A stretch of 64,000 bases of DNA from Tricharina praecox (Eukaryota), in NCBI RefSeq assembly GCF_024521635.1, contig NW_026250413.1, forward strand, positions 124,001-188,000. Direction: 5' to 3'. The notes under the pieces are model-generated. The model was not told where the DNA came from and did not search any database. It worked only from the letters and a program-made list of their open reading frames with translations. A program made the translations under genes and the position numbers. How positions within the stretch are numbered: position 1 is the stretch's first letter; each line of letters begins with the position of its first letter. Positions 23,720 through 35,981 of the stretch are shown one piece after another.

Positions 23720-26519
23720 TCACTCGACCCACATCACCACACTTCGTATTTTCGTCGGCTTGAATCTTCCGGGCGTGGACGGCAGCCGTTTCCCGCGGAA
23801 ACCGGACGCCTCCAGGTACCGCAACAGATGGGTCCTGGTGCTGTGCACCGGAGACCCCGCAGTGTTTGCTCTGGCTCCACCGGGAGGAAAAGCCCCACCG
23901 CCTTCGTAGTCTGGGCGGTGGCTATTACTGGCGTACAACTCGCACACGAACCAATCAGACTCCTCGACACCGCCGCGCCTAGCGAGCACCCATTTCGTCC
24001 TGGCGGGGGCGGGGGCCGGCTTCTCGTGGTCTCTCGGGAGATGGAATAGCGACTTCAGCGGACAGAACACCTTCATGCTGACGCGGATCGGAGCGCGTAT
24101 GGAGAAGGCGCACAGGCATCGCGTGCTGCTGGCCTCAGGGCTGACGGAATACAGCTCGCCGTACGCTTCGATCTTTCGCAGCGCTTCGGAGTTGCCGTTC
24201 TCGACTACGAATTCCTCGATGTCGCAGATGTCGAACCGCGCGTGAACCCTAACACGGCTCACGGTGATGGCACTCTTGCTCTTCACCGGCTTCGTGTTGA
24301 TGGTTCCTTTGAAGGCGTGGAAGTCGGCTGGAAACATCGAAGAGCCTGGGCCGATGGCACCGTTCTGTATCCCGTTCCAATTGAAGATCGAAACGTCCCC
24401 CGTGGTCCGGATGATGCTTTCCAACAGCCTGGATATGGCCATTTTGCGACCTTCTCCGTAGTTGGTCGTCATCCGCACTCCAAGCAATCCCATCAAGGAG
24501 TACGCCCGATCCTCGGTCCGGCTAGGAGAAAAAAATGTTTTAGTATGATTTTTCTATAACGCAAATGGTTCGGGAAACACACCTGGTCTCTCGGTCGGAT
24601 GCAATTTGTAACAAAAACGATGCTGCGACTTCGGGTCTTTTCCCGCAGCAGATCAGGCTACTGGACCTGACATTACATAGATATGCTAAATCCTCGAGAA
24701 TTTGGAGACGCAGAATCTCACAATCATTCGCAAACCACGTATCATCCAGACGGAATGCTACATCGTCCGGCAAAAGATATCCATCGTCCCCCAAGGATGT
24801 ATCACCGTCCTTGGCCTTGTCACCGTCGTCCGTGTTCCCTGGAATTTCTATCGGAAAAGCTACATCCTCCGTTTGCGTGCGTTTGGTGGTGCCTACGGGC
24901 TTAAGGAGACTAGTGTCCACGATATATTTCCAATGCTTATTATAGAAGACCGCGCGGGGGCTCATCACGATTTCCTGCAGCGTCCAACCACGGGTTGACC
25001 ATCTGGGCCTTTGTGAGGGGTAAGGGCTCGGAGGAACAGTTGTTCCTTCAAAGTCATCAAGGTATACCAGACAGACCTGCGAATTCTGGTACCAATCTCC
25101 CATACTCGAGAGTGACTCGTTCAGCTCGGTTTTGTGGGACTTGTCGATGCAGCAGTTGTCCACCCAGAGATACCGGAAGTTCAGTGCCCGCGCCTGGTCG
25201 ATCGCTCCCATCAACTTTTGTTTGGCTGCCTCCTCCGGGTCCATGCTATTCCCGGTGTCGAGTCCCGAGTGATCAATCTGGAGATCCGCCGCCGGCTCTG
25301 CGTATCCCGGGGGAAGCTGCGCCTTCCGCCGTATCCTACATTCTCCCAACCTATCGATAAGCCGGTGATTGTTCCTTGGGCCGCCGTACTTGGAGCCCTT
25401 CCCGTCCGACTCCTTAGTCGCTTTTACCCCGGGATAATCACCAGGTGCGTCCCCGTCTATTGCCATGCGGTCCGGATTTCTTAGCGTTTCGATGAGCGCG
25501 CTTTCCCTCTGTAAACGCTCGTTGGCCATCCGGAGAAATACATCGTTTACAGTGAACATATCGACCTCGACCGATCCCCAGGTATGGGAAAGAACCGCGT
25601 ACGAATCGCGGAACACATTCTGATCCTCTTCGAACCGTAGAGTCTCGACATCGATCACTCTGGTCGGGTACCGGGGGGGCTCTATATCGGCCGGGGGAAT
25701 TCTGGTATGTTCTCCCTTTCCCTTCACGAGCACCGCGATGTCCAGATAACAGACTGGTGCCTTCTTGAGGAACAGCGCGCCGATCTCTTTCATACATGCT
25801 CCGATGACAAGCGCACGTCTCCCGAGCAATCCCATCAACCGCAGGATGCTGGCCTTTGGCGCTGGAATCCCTCGCCCCGGCTTACCCAGAGCTAGAAATC
25901 TCGATTCCCATGAGAGCCACTGGCGTCGAGTTTTCGCTTCTTCCTCTAGGCTGCTTGGTTTTCCAGTCCAAAGCAATTCGTGACTCGACAAGATATCTCC
26001 CAGCAGTACCCCCGCCTCTTCATCAAGGTCATCTTGGGTGAACCATGCCAAAACCTTGATTACCTCCAAGAGCGCTTGGTGGATCGCCGGAAGGACTTTG
26101 TGTCGGATGGTACCGGAAACGCCCTTAATCCCAGCGCCCTCAGTGGTCACGAGGTAACAGAAACATTTGGAGCCGTGCGTGCATCGCTCAGCAAGGTCCG
26201 CCGAGTTCTGAATGTACCGAGTATCCGATTCCTCGGATTCCACCATTCCCAGGGCTTCCTCGAATACATCCTGCAGTTCCTTCTTTGTCCATTTCCCAAA
26301 CTCGAAATCCTGTCTCTGCAAGTGCTTCTCGACGAATTTCAACCCTATTTTCGCCTTTCCCTGGGTCGCCATGTGCTGAAACGTCACGTCGAACGTCATT
26401 TTTTCGTCCGGGGAGGGGCTTCGGCGTTCCGTTGAGAAGACCCGGTCGAGGGGGTTGTAATCATCGTTCTTGCTGGAAACGTCGCTGTGCTCGATTCCGT
26501 TGAGCGCCAACCCCTCCAT
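23720..26519 (-). CDS. HET-domain (heterokaryon incompatibility, TIR-like) protein, ~910 aa
   Basis: Exons 26519-24583 and 24521-23720; intron GTGTGT...TAG. HET motifs PTRVIDV, YAVLSHTWG, YLWVDNCCIDKS..ELNESLSSMGDWYQNSQVCLVYLDD and RWSTRGWTLQE. Downstream RETSRTEDRAYSLMGLLGVRMTTNYGEG..AISRLLESII..GDVSIFNW, as in typical fungal HET proteins. Confidence 0.9.
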
Positions 26520-28916
26520 TCGCTCTCGCCCAGACAGAGCCGATATTGGATTCGTATCGCGAAGGCGATGGTGATGGCGCGTAGTTGATTTGCAACCCCT
26601 CTCTCTCTCCCGAAGAGAATCAATGTGCTCTCGCCGGTTGAATGATCCCGGCTGGCCGATCGGGTCCAGCTGCGATTGATTTCGCGGACCTTCTTCACGA
26701 AGCCTTCCTCTTTTTTTCTTTCTTTTTTTTTGTTCGTCTTCAAACGATCCAGTTGGCGCGATCGCTAGCCCAAACTAACTGCGGTCCTGGACGGCCGATC
26801 GTACCGCGGGCGTCAACGATTCCCCTCGCACCTAATCGTCCAGTATCAGTCAGCGTAGGCCAAGAACCGGACGAGCGAGGGTTGATCCACGGTTGGGATG
26901 CTTTCCGAAGAAAGAAGCTCAGACCAGCGCCTTGTTGGCTTGGGAGAAAGAGTGTGGTGGGGGGGCTTTGAGACAGGTGCAATATCGATCGATATCGTCG
27001 TGGGATGGTGAGCCGTGCGGAAGGTTGCGAGGGTTATGTACCGACTGCACGAAGCCCACACAAGCCACTGCCACGTGGTTAAGTTGCGGGCCTGCCAGTC
27101 CCGGGAAAGAAAGAGGTTTTAGGGATATGGAGTGTATTGTCGTGGGAGTAAAGCAGAGGCAGGAAATATGGAAAGTCCTGCGAGGAGTCGTGCAGAAGAT
27201 GGAAAAAGGGTTCCATGAAAGCTGTCTTGCACAGCCCCCCCACCTGGCTCGCACGCGACGTCAGCCGACGAATGAAGCTTAGATATGGCACTGCTAGTTA
27301 GATCGATCCACGGGTAGGGACAGGCTGCTAGTTACCGCCGCATCCCAGTCCCTCCGAATGCGAGTGAATCCGTCGAGTATGTAGAGTCTCGGACCGGGCC
27401 CCGGCAGGAGACAACGATGAAAGGACTCGGGATTTCGTGTCTTCGGGTTGTGTCAGCCGCGAATGATTGTGCTGCACGTGATTGTTTCCTGGTGCAGCCT
27501 TGCTGCACTCCCGTATGGCCGGCTGTTTGCTGCGGCATTGGATACCGGTAGTTAGAGTATGGCGACACGCACCGTCCGCGAACCAAGTCTCCCGTCCGGA
27601 AAAACCAGCTCGAGGCAGCGACCAACTTCTCCGCTTTCTGCCTGGGCCCCCGTGACTCCGTGAGTAACTAATAGACCGCACCAAAGATAGTCAGGTACCC
27701 GAGTTGTGCCGTATCGGTTGACATACCGATTCCCCGGAGTGATGAGAGTTAGGACTGCACCATGAGGATAGCTACATGCCGACGGCAACGCGACAGTGTC
27801 ATGACGTAGAGTATTGTCAGGTACATAACATTACGGACACGGAAGGGTTGTGACAGTAAAGTTAAAGTTTTTGCTAAGTCGCTGGGTTTGTTCGAGGGCG
27901 TTTTGTTTAATGGCAGGATAGATGCGATCGGCATGGCTGGTGGTGCGAGGTCGTCATTCGTTACGACTGTCCCCTCCACCAATTGGCCCATTATCGTCAC
28001 TGAATGGGCATCTCTACTCGAGCACTCGACCGGAAGGCCTCTCCACCACCTAGCGGAGTGCTGTCACATTAGATTTTCCCGTACTCCGGTATACACATAG
28101 TATAACTAGTGCTTCATCTGACAGAACACTGCACATACGAGGAGATTGAGTCCCATCGTGCCCGAATCGGTCGGGTCAGTGCCGGAAGGGATGGGCCAAC
28201 TCGCCGGCCCACCGTCAATGCCCCGTAGTTACTCGGCGGCCGACGGCCGGCCCGCTCCTTATGAGCCTATATATGATGTGTATGTAGAACCCGAGGGCCG
28301 ATTTACGGTATCTAGATTCTAGTGCGGTTTAAAAATATACACCGGACTTCGCTACTATTAGGGTTGAAAGGGAAGGCTGTGAAAAAAAGCTTGGTGCATT
28401 CCGATTATTGATTATTGATGGATCAGATAGAGTAATAGTATGGTACCAACCAATCACGGCGGCCCTCCTGGGCGCTGTCTCGGCTCAGCTAAGTAGACAG
28501 CTGGCATGTTTCACAGCTGGCCTTCAGGTATTGGTTTGGCCCAAAAGTACTCACATATGTACCATGTAGTCAATCAAGTCCCGAAGGCCTACGTATAATT
28601 GTGCTCTGGGTTGGAGAGCCTTGGAGGCCTAGCCGTGCGTGCCGCTGACGATCCTAGTAATTATTCGCGCCGGACAGCCAATAGCTACATGAGCACCCCT
28701 CCCCCGTCCCCCTCCCCCTCCCCCTCCCCCTCCCCCTCCCCCCACATAACCTCAAGGCTATATAATGAGTGCAATCGGCCATTGTTGGGGCCAAAAAGCT
28801 CTTACGCGGACAATCTACGTTCCCTCCCGGTCGGCCGCATCTCTCCGAGCCATTTCTCTCGCGACAGCGCCAACATACCCTCCCGCAAATCGGTTTAGAG
28901 TGACATCGCACCCCTC

Positions 28917-30119
28917 ATGATCCGGTTCCCCACCGATCGCGATGGCTGGCGGCTCGACATCATCTCACTGCTAGCGGTGCTGGGCGAGTCGGCGATGTTG
29001 CGGCACTCGTTGCCGATGACCACGAGCTGGCTGTGCATGCTGCCCCGCCTCGTGCCTGCCCCGCAGGCGCTGTTGACCAACAAACGGCCAGACCGGCCGA
29101 AACCGCACCGCGCACACATCGCGGGAATCCACTCCGGCGTGGTGTACGACGAGCTCAACTACTTCGCCCACCTGCTCTGCGACATCCCGCTGTCGAAGTT
29201 TGCTGTGCGCGAAGTGAAAATCCGGCGCGCTCCCGACAACCGTCGGGACGCCGACGTGGAAGGCACCCCGGCGGCGCGGGAACTCGCAGCCGCAGCCAAA
29301 GCCCCGGCGCTCGGGCTCCTCCGCCGACGCTTCACGACTACGGACATCTGGGGCCCGCGGTTCCGCGACTCGGTGACGATCGTCACGCCGCAGCGCCTCT
29401 CGCCGCTGGTATTCCTCTCGGTGGGCTCGTGCCTGCTGACGCTGGGGCTGCTCGCGTGGGCGGCGGTGATTGGCGACGGCGTCGCCGTGATCGCCATCGT
29501 CGCGCTGTCGTTGACCTCGTCGCTCACGGGCATGGCGTCGTTCTGGCGGCCGCGCACGATCGCGCGCCAGGTGCTGCGCGACGTGCCCGACGGCGACCTG
29601 GCGCTGCGCACGCGCCACGGCGCCTTCATGATCATCCGCTGCGACGAGAACGTGGCGCGCGAGCTGTACACCGGCACCGAGGAGTGCGAGTACTGGATCG
29701 GCGAGAAGATGTTCAACGCGCTGGCGGGCGCCGCCACGTTCCTGCTCATGGTCGGCGTCGTGATGATGGGGAACTGCACGTGGACCATGCAGGCGGCGCT
29801 CGGCGCCTCCTACATGCTGCTCAATGGCTGCTACCAGCTCGCGGCCCTGCTGCCCGAAACTTGGTTCTGGGACTTTTCGCGCTATGTGGTCGACGAGGGC
29901 GTGCCACACGAGACCAAGACCTACACCAGCGCGCTGTGGAAGGCGATCCAGGTCTCCAAGAGCACCGGGTGGGTAACAGTGATGCAGGCCGCCCCCGTAA
30001 CGGAGCCCTGGAGGAAATGGCTCGTGGAGGCGGGGCAAAACATCGAGAACAAATCCTGGAACTCCGGTTTGCGCCTGGTACAACTCATGAAGGAAGAGGT
30101 GCAACCGAAGGGACAATGA
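28917..30119 (+). CDS. Hypothetical multi-pass membrane protein (400 aa, intronless)
   Basis: Strong GC3 coding bias. N-terminal GWRLDIISLLAVLGES. Two pairs of hydrophobic helices (LVFLSVGSCLLTLGLLAWAAVI/GVAVIAIVALSL; ALAGAATFLLMVGVVMM/MQAALGASYMLLNGCY). Confidence 0.85.
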   Translation: MIRFPTDRDGWRLDIISLLAVLGESAMLRHSLPMTTSWLCMLPRLVPAPQALLTNKRPDRPKPHRAHIAGIHSGVVYDELNYFAHLLCDIPLSKFAVREVKIRRAPDNRRDADVEGTPAARELAAAAKAPALGLLRRRFTTTDIWGPRFRDSVTIVTPQRLSPLVFLSVGSCLLTLGLLAWAAVIGDGVAVIAIVALSLTSSLTGMASFWRPRTIARQVLRDVPDGDLALRTRHGAFMIIRCDENVARELYTGTEECEYWIGEKMFNALAGAATFLLMVGVVMMGNCTWTMQAALGASYMLLNGCYQLAALLPETWFWDFSRYVVDEGVPHETKTYTSALWKAIQVSKSTGWVTVMQAAPVTEPWRKWLVEAGQNIENKSWNSGLRLVQLMKEEVQPKGQ

Positions 30120-31792
30120 GCCTAAGAAGGAGGGCGAATACGGTAGCCAGGCGCTGAAACCGGCTCAGATTGTCAACGGGGTAACTCCGAGCAGTGCATT
30201 TGGGGGAGGAGTGCTGTTCGCGGATGTGATACCTACCGGCGGCATGATTTGGAATGATTGAATGAAATGAAAATGTACAGGAGTTTTCCTAGATACCTAT
30301 TTTGTTTTCGAGCGGCGGAGAGAGGTAGCTTTAATTTACTAGAAGGTCCCGGGACTGCCGGTGGGTTACTGAGGACAGTACACTTGCATGCACATATAGT
30401 TGAGATGTATATAGTGCGATCCACTTGGAGTCCGTGGCTCCGCTCTCTCGTGGAGTAGAATCACTATTAGAAACACCGGTGAATGTGGTAGTAAACGACG
30501 CACTCATGTACCGGTATTGCCGTATCATACAAGAGGGGCAGCAAGACCCGAGCCTTTGCGATGGTACCACAACCACTACTATACTGGTACCGCAGCATAT
30601 CACTCGCTCTAGGTCCCCGAAGGCCGAGAATCCACGAAATCGGAACGCATCCCGACACTACGAGCAGTCCGCCCGGATTGAAGCAAGAATCGATGGATCT
30701 CTTTAGTGCTGCCCTGGCTTCAACGGTGCAAGGAGTGTAATGTGGATGGACGATCTCGAGGAACATGTCGCCCGCGCTGGACGAGGGGTACTATAGTTAT
30801 GTCCATTGTCCAATCGCTACAGCCTACAACGACTAGAATGGGAGTGATACGCAGAATTCAGATCTCCAAATACGAATCTGATAGTACCTACTATATTAAA
30901 GGCGCGTTGAGAACTTGGCGGATATGTATGTTGAAGTGTTGAGTGTTGAAAATCATGACATGATAACTATCGCTGTCGAAGGAAGATCATTACTACATAG
31001 CAATCATTAGAGGAGATTGTGTAAGTGCTTACATGAGCAACGGTCTAGTTCCCGCGATTGTTACCTCAATTAAGCGATGTCGCCGTCAGCTGTGAGCAGT
31101 GAGCAGTGAGCACCGCCGCAGGATGGTACTCTATATAAATGGCAAGGGGTGGCCGCGTCCGACGCGTCAACGGATAAAGACGATTCGGGCAACGGAGAAC
31201 CAAAAGCAGGTGTCTTGTCTAGGTAATCGAGTTCGTTAACTCCGAGCATAGATGGTGATACACGAGGCTTTGTCGTGTATCACCATCATTGAGTGAGTGG
31301 GCTTCGCATTGAGATGGGCTTGACTCCGCCCACAGTAAAGAGTCCCTGGCTAGAGAACGATCTGGCCAAATCGCAGCTGGTAGGTCTGATATCGACTTAC
31401 TCATCCATTGTAGATTCTTACTCTAGGCCCTTGCTCCGAGCTAGACGGGTTGCTTCCCCGGGAAGCGGTGCCAAGGGATCAGTCCGTCGGCCCAAAGCTC
31501 CCTTTCTGGACCATGGATAACTGACCCTGTGACGCACATTCCTCTCCATGAGTAAGTAAAGTATTCCACTCCATCACAGCAAACACCGAGCCCGCGTATG
31601 GGCGGCCATACACTCCAGTTAACCCCGTCCTGACGTCCCCCCTTCGCCCTCGCCCTCCCTCGCCCCCTCGCTCGCTAGCCAAGTACTTATAGGGAAGCGT
31701 ATATCCGTCCCGGACCGGAAAGGAAAACCCTCGCACACACCACCACACCGTCCACAGCGTAGCCGACCGGTCCGTTCCGAAGCAAGCAAGCC

Positions 31793-34061
31793 ATGAACAT
31801 CGAACCCCAAGCACTGTCTGAAACCTCCGACACGCCGCAGCGCCTGCGCACCTCCAAAGCCTGCGAAGAATGCCGCAAGCGCAAGATCCGCTGCAACGGA
31901 CAGTCGCCCACGCCGTGCGACTACTGCCGCCAGAAGCGACTGCACTGTGTCTACCGCAGTCAGGCGCGGATTCGGCGGCCACGGCACGTGTTGATGGGGA
32001 TGGCGCGTGCGTCCGCCGCGGCGGGGGGTGGGGCAGATGCCGGGACGAGCGCGGGGGCGGGCGCGGCGACGGGTGATGTGGAGGGATTGGGCGGCGCGGG
32101 GAGCGGGATCGGGGGAAGTCCGATCGAGAGCTCGCTGTACGCGGGCGTGTCGGCCACGTACGCCGACTCGCCGAGCAGGACCCTGCAGCTGTTCTACGGC
32201 CCCTCGAGTAATTTCCCCATGATCCAGCACATCCACCAGCGCTTGAACGCGGCAAAGAGTGCTTCCACTGCGCCGTCGTCGACTATAGAAGAGGTCGACG
32301 AGGGGCTGGACAGGTTTAATTACCGCGGCATCTTCTTCGGGAAACATTCGGATCAACAGGACATGTCGTATCCTGCCGCGGGAGGTGCTGGGGGGCTTGG
32401 CGGCAGCGGCATCGGCGGAGGGATAGGGAGGAGGGGCGTGGATGATTCGAATCTGCTGTTCCTGCCTTACAATCTCGCGGCGGACTTCCTTGAGAAATTT
32501 CTAACAACGCTACAGAGGCACTTGCCGTTTGTGGATCCGGCGGTTGCGGCGGACTCACTGGCGGTGTTGTACGGGAATGCGGGGGTAGGTGACGCGCGGG
32601 AGCTAGATATCGGCGAGAGAGCGATATTGATCGCCATCCTGGCGGTCGGTGCCACGCTCACCGAGTACACGGTCTGGGCCGAGACGCTGTACAAGCGCGC
32701 GAATAGTCTGGCGGATGAGCTTGACGATGTGGTTAATGTCCATGTGTGTCAGCTGGGGTTGCTGCTTGCGCATTTTCAGTGCGTTACCGGGAAGCCCAAC
32801 TCGGTTTATTTGCTGGTGGGGACGGCCATGAGGAAGGCGGTCGCTGCGGGTCTGCACAAAGAGGCGTTGTCCAAAGGACGGCAGAGCGTGGACTTTGCAC
32901 TGGTGCAGGAGAGGAGGTTAACGTTCTGGAGCATCTATATCTTTGAAGTGTTGGTCTCCCGGATGAACAGAAAAGGGTGCCGTTTCTGATGGTGAGGATA
33001 GTACCATCTCTTTCGGACTGGGCCGGCCGATCTCGATCCATGACAGCGACATCAGCATTCCATACCCTGAGGATTCACCCTTCTTCATATCGCTGATCAC
33101 ACTGGCACGCGTCTACTCGCGCGCCTCGCAGCAGCTGTACAGCACAAAACAAGGCTCGCTCCTATCCCTCTACAAATCCGCCACCGCGCTCAAGGCCGAA
33201 CTCGACGCCTTCCGCGCCTCGCTCCCGCCCGAACTCCAACTCGGCCCGGACGCGCCCTTCAAATCGGGCGCACCCGATGTCCTGAAGCTCTTCCTCAACA
33301 ACTGGTACTACCACGCCGTGATCCTGATCTTCCGCCCCTTCCTGATCTTCCACGCGCAATGGCAGGCGGACCCGTCGCACCGGCTGACCACTGACCCTGC
33401 CGTCGCCGTCTCGAAACGGCAACTGCGCACCTCGGCGCCGTGGATCTTCACCGCGTGCGACGCGTGCATCTCAGCCGCGCGCGAGCTGCTGATCTGTCTG
33501 CACCGCAGCGTGAAAACCAACGACCTCGTGCGCCGCCTCGCATACTCGTGTTTCTACGTCGAGTGCGGGGCGTTCCTGCTGATCTTTAATATGCTACGCG
33601 AGCGCCGCGCATCCGACGCCCCGGACTCGGGCGAGGACGCCCGCTGTATGAGACTCGCTCTCGAGGCGATGGAAATGATGCATGACACCACCCCGAGAAA
33701 CGTCAGTCTCTTCGCTATACGTAGGATGCTGGCGCTGGTCGAGGGCGTGGAAGACGATGATACAGAGACTTGGGGTGGCGTTAGCCCTGAGAGCTCGACG
33801 CCCGGCACGACTATTGCAGTAGGTCCCTTACTCCTTCCCTCTTTCGACTGTGTTCTGATTGCGAAGGAAACGGCTGCGGCAAATGGATTACTGCGGATGC
33901 CGGAGACGGCGGGAATGCCCGGGGAGAATATGTCCCCAAGCAGTGTGCTGGATTGGGACCTGGGCGAGATGAAGTTGAATTTTGACCTCAACAGTATGGA
34001 TCTCGATTGCTGGCTGGCTATGGAAGGGTTTGGGGGGGTGGGAGCATGCGATCTTGGGTAG
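31793..34061 (+). CDS. Zn(II)2Cys6 fungal transcription factor with fungal-specific TF middle homology region
   Basis: ACEECRKRKIRCNGQSPTPCDYCRQKRLHC binuclear cluster. GTAMRKAVAAGLH..ERRLTFWSIYIFEV/TISFGLGRP joined across intron 32950-33001. Probable second in-frame intron 33819-33866. Confidence 0.93.
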
Positions 34062-34097
34062 TCTTATATTACATAGTCCTCCTTATCGCGAATAGAG

Positions 34098-34790
34098 CTA
34101 CATTTCCACCTTCTCCTCTGGCACCCCCACCTCCTCCTCCCCCTCGCCATTCTCCTCCCTCCACCACCCCCAAAACTCGTTTACCCTCCTAGTCCTCTCC
34201 ACGGCCAGTTCCCTCCCCAGTCTCGTCTTCATGAGCGCCTGAATCTTTACCAACTTCTCGCCAAAATGCTCCACGCACCCCTGCAGACTCGCGTTCCTCA
34301 CAACCCCGCCAAACACAAAACACCGCGCAATCCCCACCGCCCCCAGCGCATCCAGGCGGTCCGCGTCCTGCACTACCGCCAACTCGGGGTACACCGCCAA
34401 CACCGCGCGCACCGCGGCCGGGTTCGCGATCTCGGAAGAGTACGAGACGTGCGCGACCACCACTGCAACCCCGCGCGCGAGCGCGGCGGGGCAGTTGTAG
34501 CCCAGGAGCACACTTTCCACTGAGTCCCCACCAGTAGAATATTTATGGTCCCCGACATCATGCAGCAGCGCGGCGAGCTGGATCAGTAGCGCGTCGTGCC
34601 CGTGGTCGGCGGAGGGAGGGGTCAGCCGCGTGGCGAGACGCGACACCCGCTCGATGTGGGCCCAGTCGTGAGAGGCGTCGTAGCGCGACATGTAGTCGCG
34701 CACGAATAGGCGGGTGGAGGTGAGTAGGAGGGCGCAGGCGGCGGGGGGGAGGGTGTAGGGTTCTCGAGGGGGGATGGTGGGGGTGGACAT
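34098..34790 (-). CDS. HD-domain metal-dependent phosphohydrolase
   Basis: SHDWAHIERV, LAALLHDVGDHKY, VQDADRLDALGAVGIARCF and HFGEKL. Likely start MSTPTIPP at 34790; the upstream ORF extension is repeat-derived. Confidence 0.9.
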   Translation of the reverse strand: MSTPTIPPREPYTLPPAACALLLTSTRLFVRDYMSRYDASHDWAHIERVSRLATRLTPPSADHGHDALLIQLAALLHDVGDHKYSTGGDSVESVLLGYNCPAALARGVAVVVAHVSYSSEIANPAAVRAVLAVYPELAVVQDADRLDALGAVGIARCFVFGGVVRNASLQGCVEHFGEKLVKIQALMKTRLGRELAVERTRRVNEFWGWWREENGEGEEEVGVPEEKVEM

Positions 34791-34851
34791 GGTGGTTGTG
34801 GTGGAGGAGCGAGGCGGGGTGGTGCTGGTGGGAAGACGCGTGCGTGCGTGT

Positions 34852-34934
34852 GTTGGGAGACGCGGGGTGGGGTGGAAGACGCGGGGTGGGGTGGAAGACG
34901 CGGGGTGGGGTGGAAGACGCGGGGTGGGGTGGAG
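34852..34934 (+). repeat. G-rich tandem repeat (GGAAGACGCGGGGTGGGGT), about 4 copies
   Basis: Visible array immediately upstream of the HD gene start. Confidence 0.9.
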
Positions 34935-35981
34935 ATATAGTACATCATAGTACAGCATAGCAGTAGTGGGGCGGCCGCCGCCGGCCGGTCCCGGCGCAGC
35001 CCCGGCTCAGTCCCGGCGTGTTTGAGGGGGGATTCACACCGGTGAGAATACCGGTACCTACTCTACATAGCCCCATTACGAAGCAGAATGGCAAAAGCAG
35101 GAGATGCATCTGAAGCCTGAAGGCCAATGGCTTCTAGCAGAAAGAGAAGGAAGAAGGTAGGAGTACATAGCGAATGATGCCTCATGCCGGAGTCTTGGAA
35201 TCTCACTCGTGAACGGAGCCTGGCAGGGAGGTGGGAAGCTGCCGACCCTCCAGGCCCTGTGGCCGGCGCGAGGAAGCAGGAGATGAGGATGGGCGGTAAA
35301 ATTGTCGTGGTGCGATTTCATTTGTTTTCTTTGGTAGGCAGCGGCGCCACATCGTGCTAGCTGGTAACGGGGTCCTAACAAGGAGTGTGTTGGTTCGCCA
35401 TAGTTTAGATAGGCTGTATGCGAAATAAAACAGGAAGATCTCTCTCTCTCTCTCTCGACCCTCCAGGCCTCGGTATTCACCAGACGTAATACGATCTTCA
35501 GGTGTATGGTACAATGCTAGTACGCCCCAGAAACCCCCCGGGGCTGTCATGCCAGTCTGCGTCCTCACCATCTGTGGCATCGCGAATGACAGCATGTGCC
35601 ACTAAGTTTGGTACTTGAGTTTGGTACTTGCGCAAAGAAGACACAGACAAAAGATAGCATCTAGTAGCATTGAATCGACCTGCTCCGATCCGATCTATCG
35701 ATCTATCGTGGATCCAACCTACAACTTACAACTACACAAAGTCCCGTATAAATTACAGCCAGCCACTTCACCCGCGTGCAAAGCCCAGTCCAAGTCCAAG
35801 TCCAAGTCCAGAAACAGAAGAAAAGTAAAACCCCCATGCAATCGAATCAGTCCGCTCCGCAAATCGCAATCCATCCGTCCATGCTCGCCCAAACGAAATA
35901 AAGCAAACAAAAAACAACGCCCAAGAAACCCCATGCCTTCCCAACAAAAGAGAAAAAACCAAAACGCATATCGCTCGCCCG

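Noticed and set aside
28971..30157. 381-aa antisense ORF and 374-aa alternate-frame ORF over the membrane protein gene
   Set aside because: Expected shadow ORFs of a GC3-rich coding sequence; Arg/Ala/Gly-rich with no motifs.
31793..34061. Zn2Cys6 TF as pathway-specific regulator of the car cluster
   Set aside because: 13 kb away with unrelated genes between; no sequence evidence linking them.
34791..34958. N-terminal extension of the HD ORF in the six-frame track
   Set aside because: Encoded by the G-rich tandem repeat; the true start is more likely ATG 34790.
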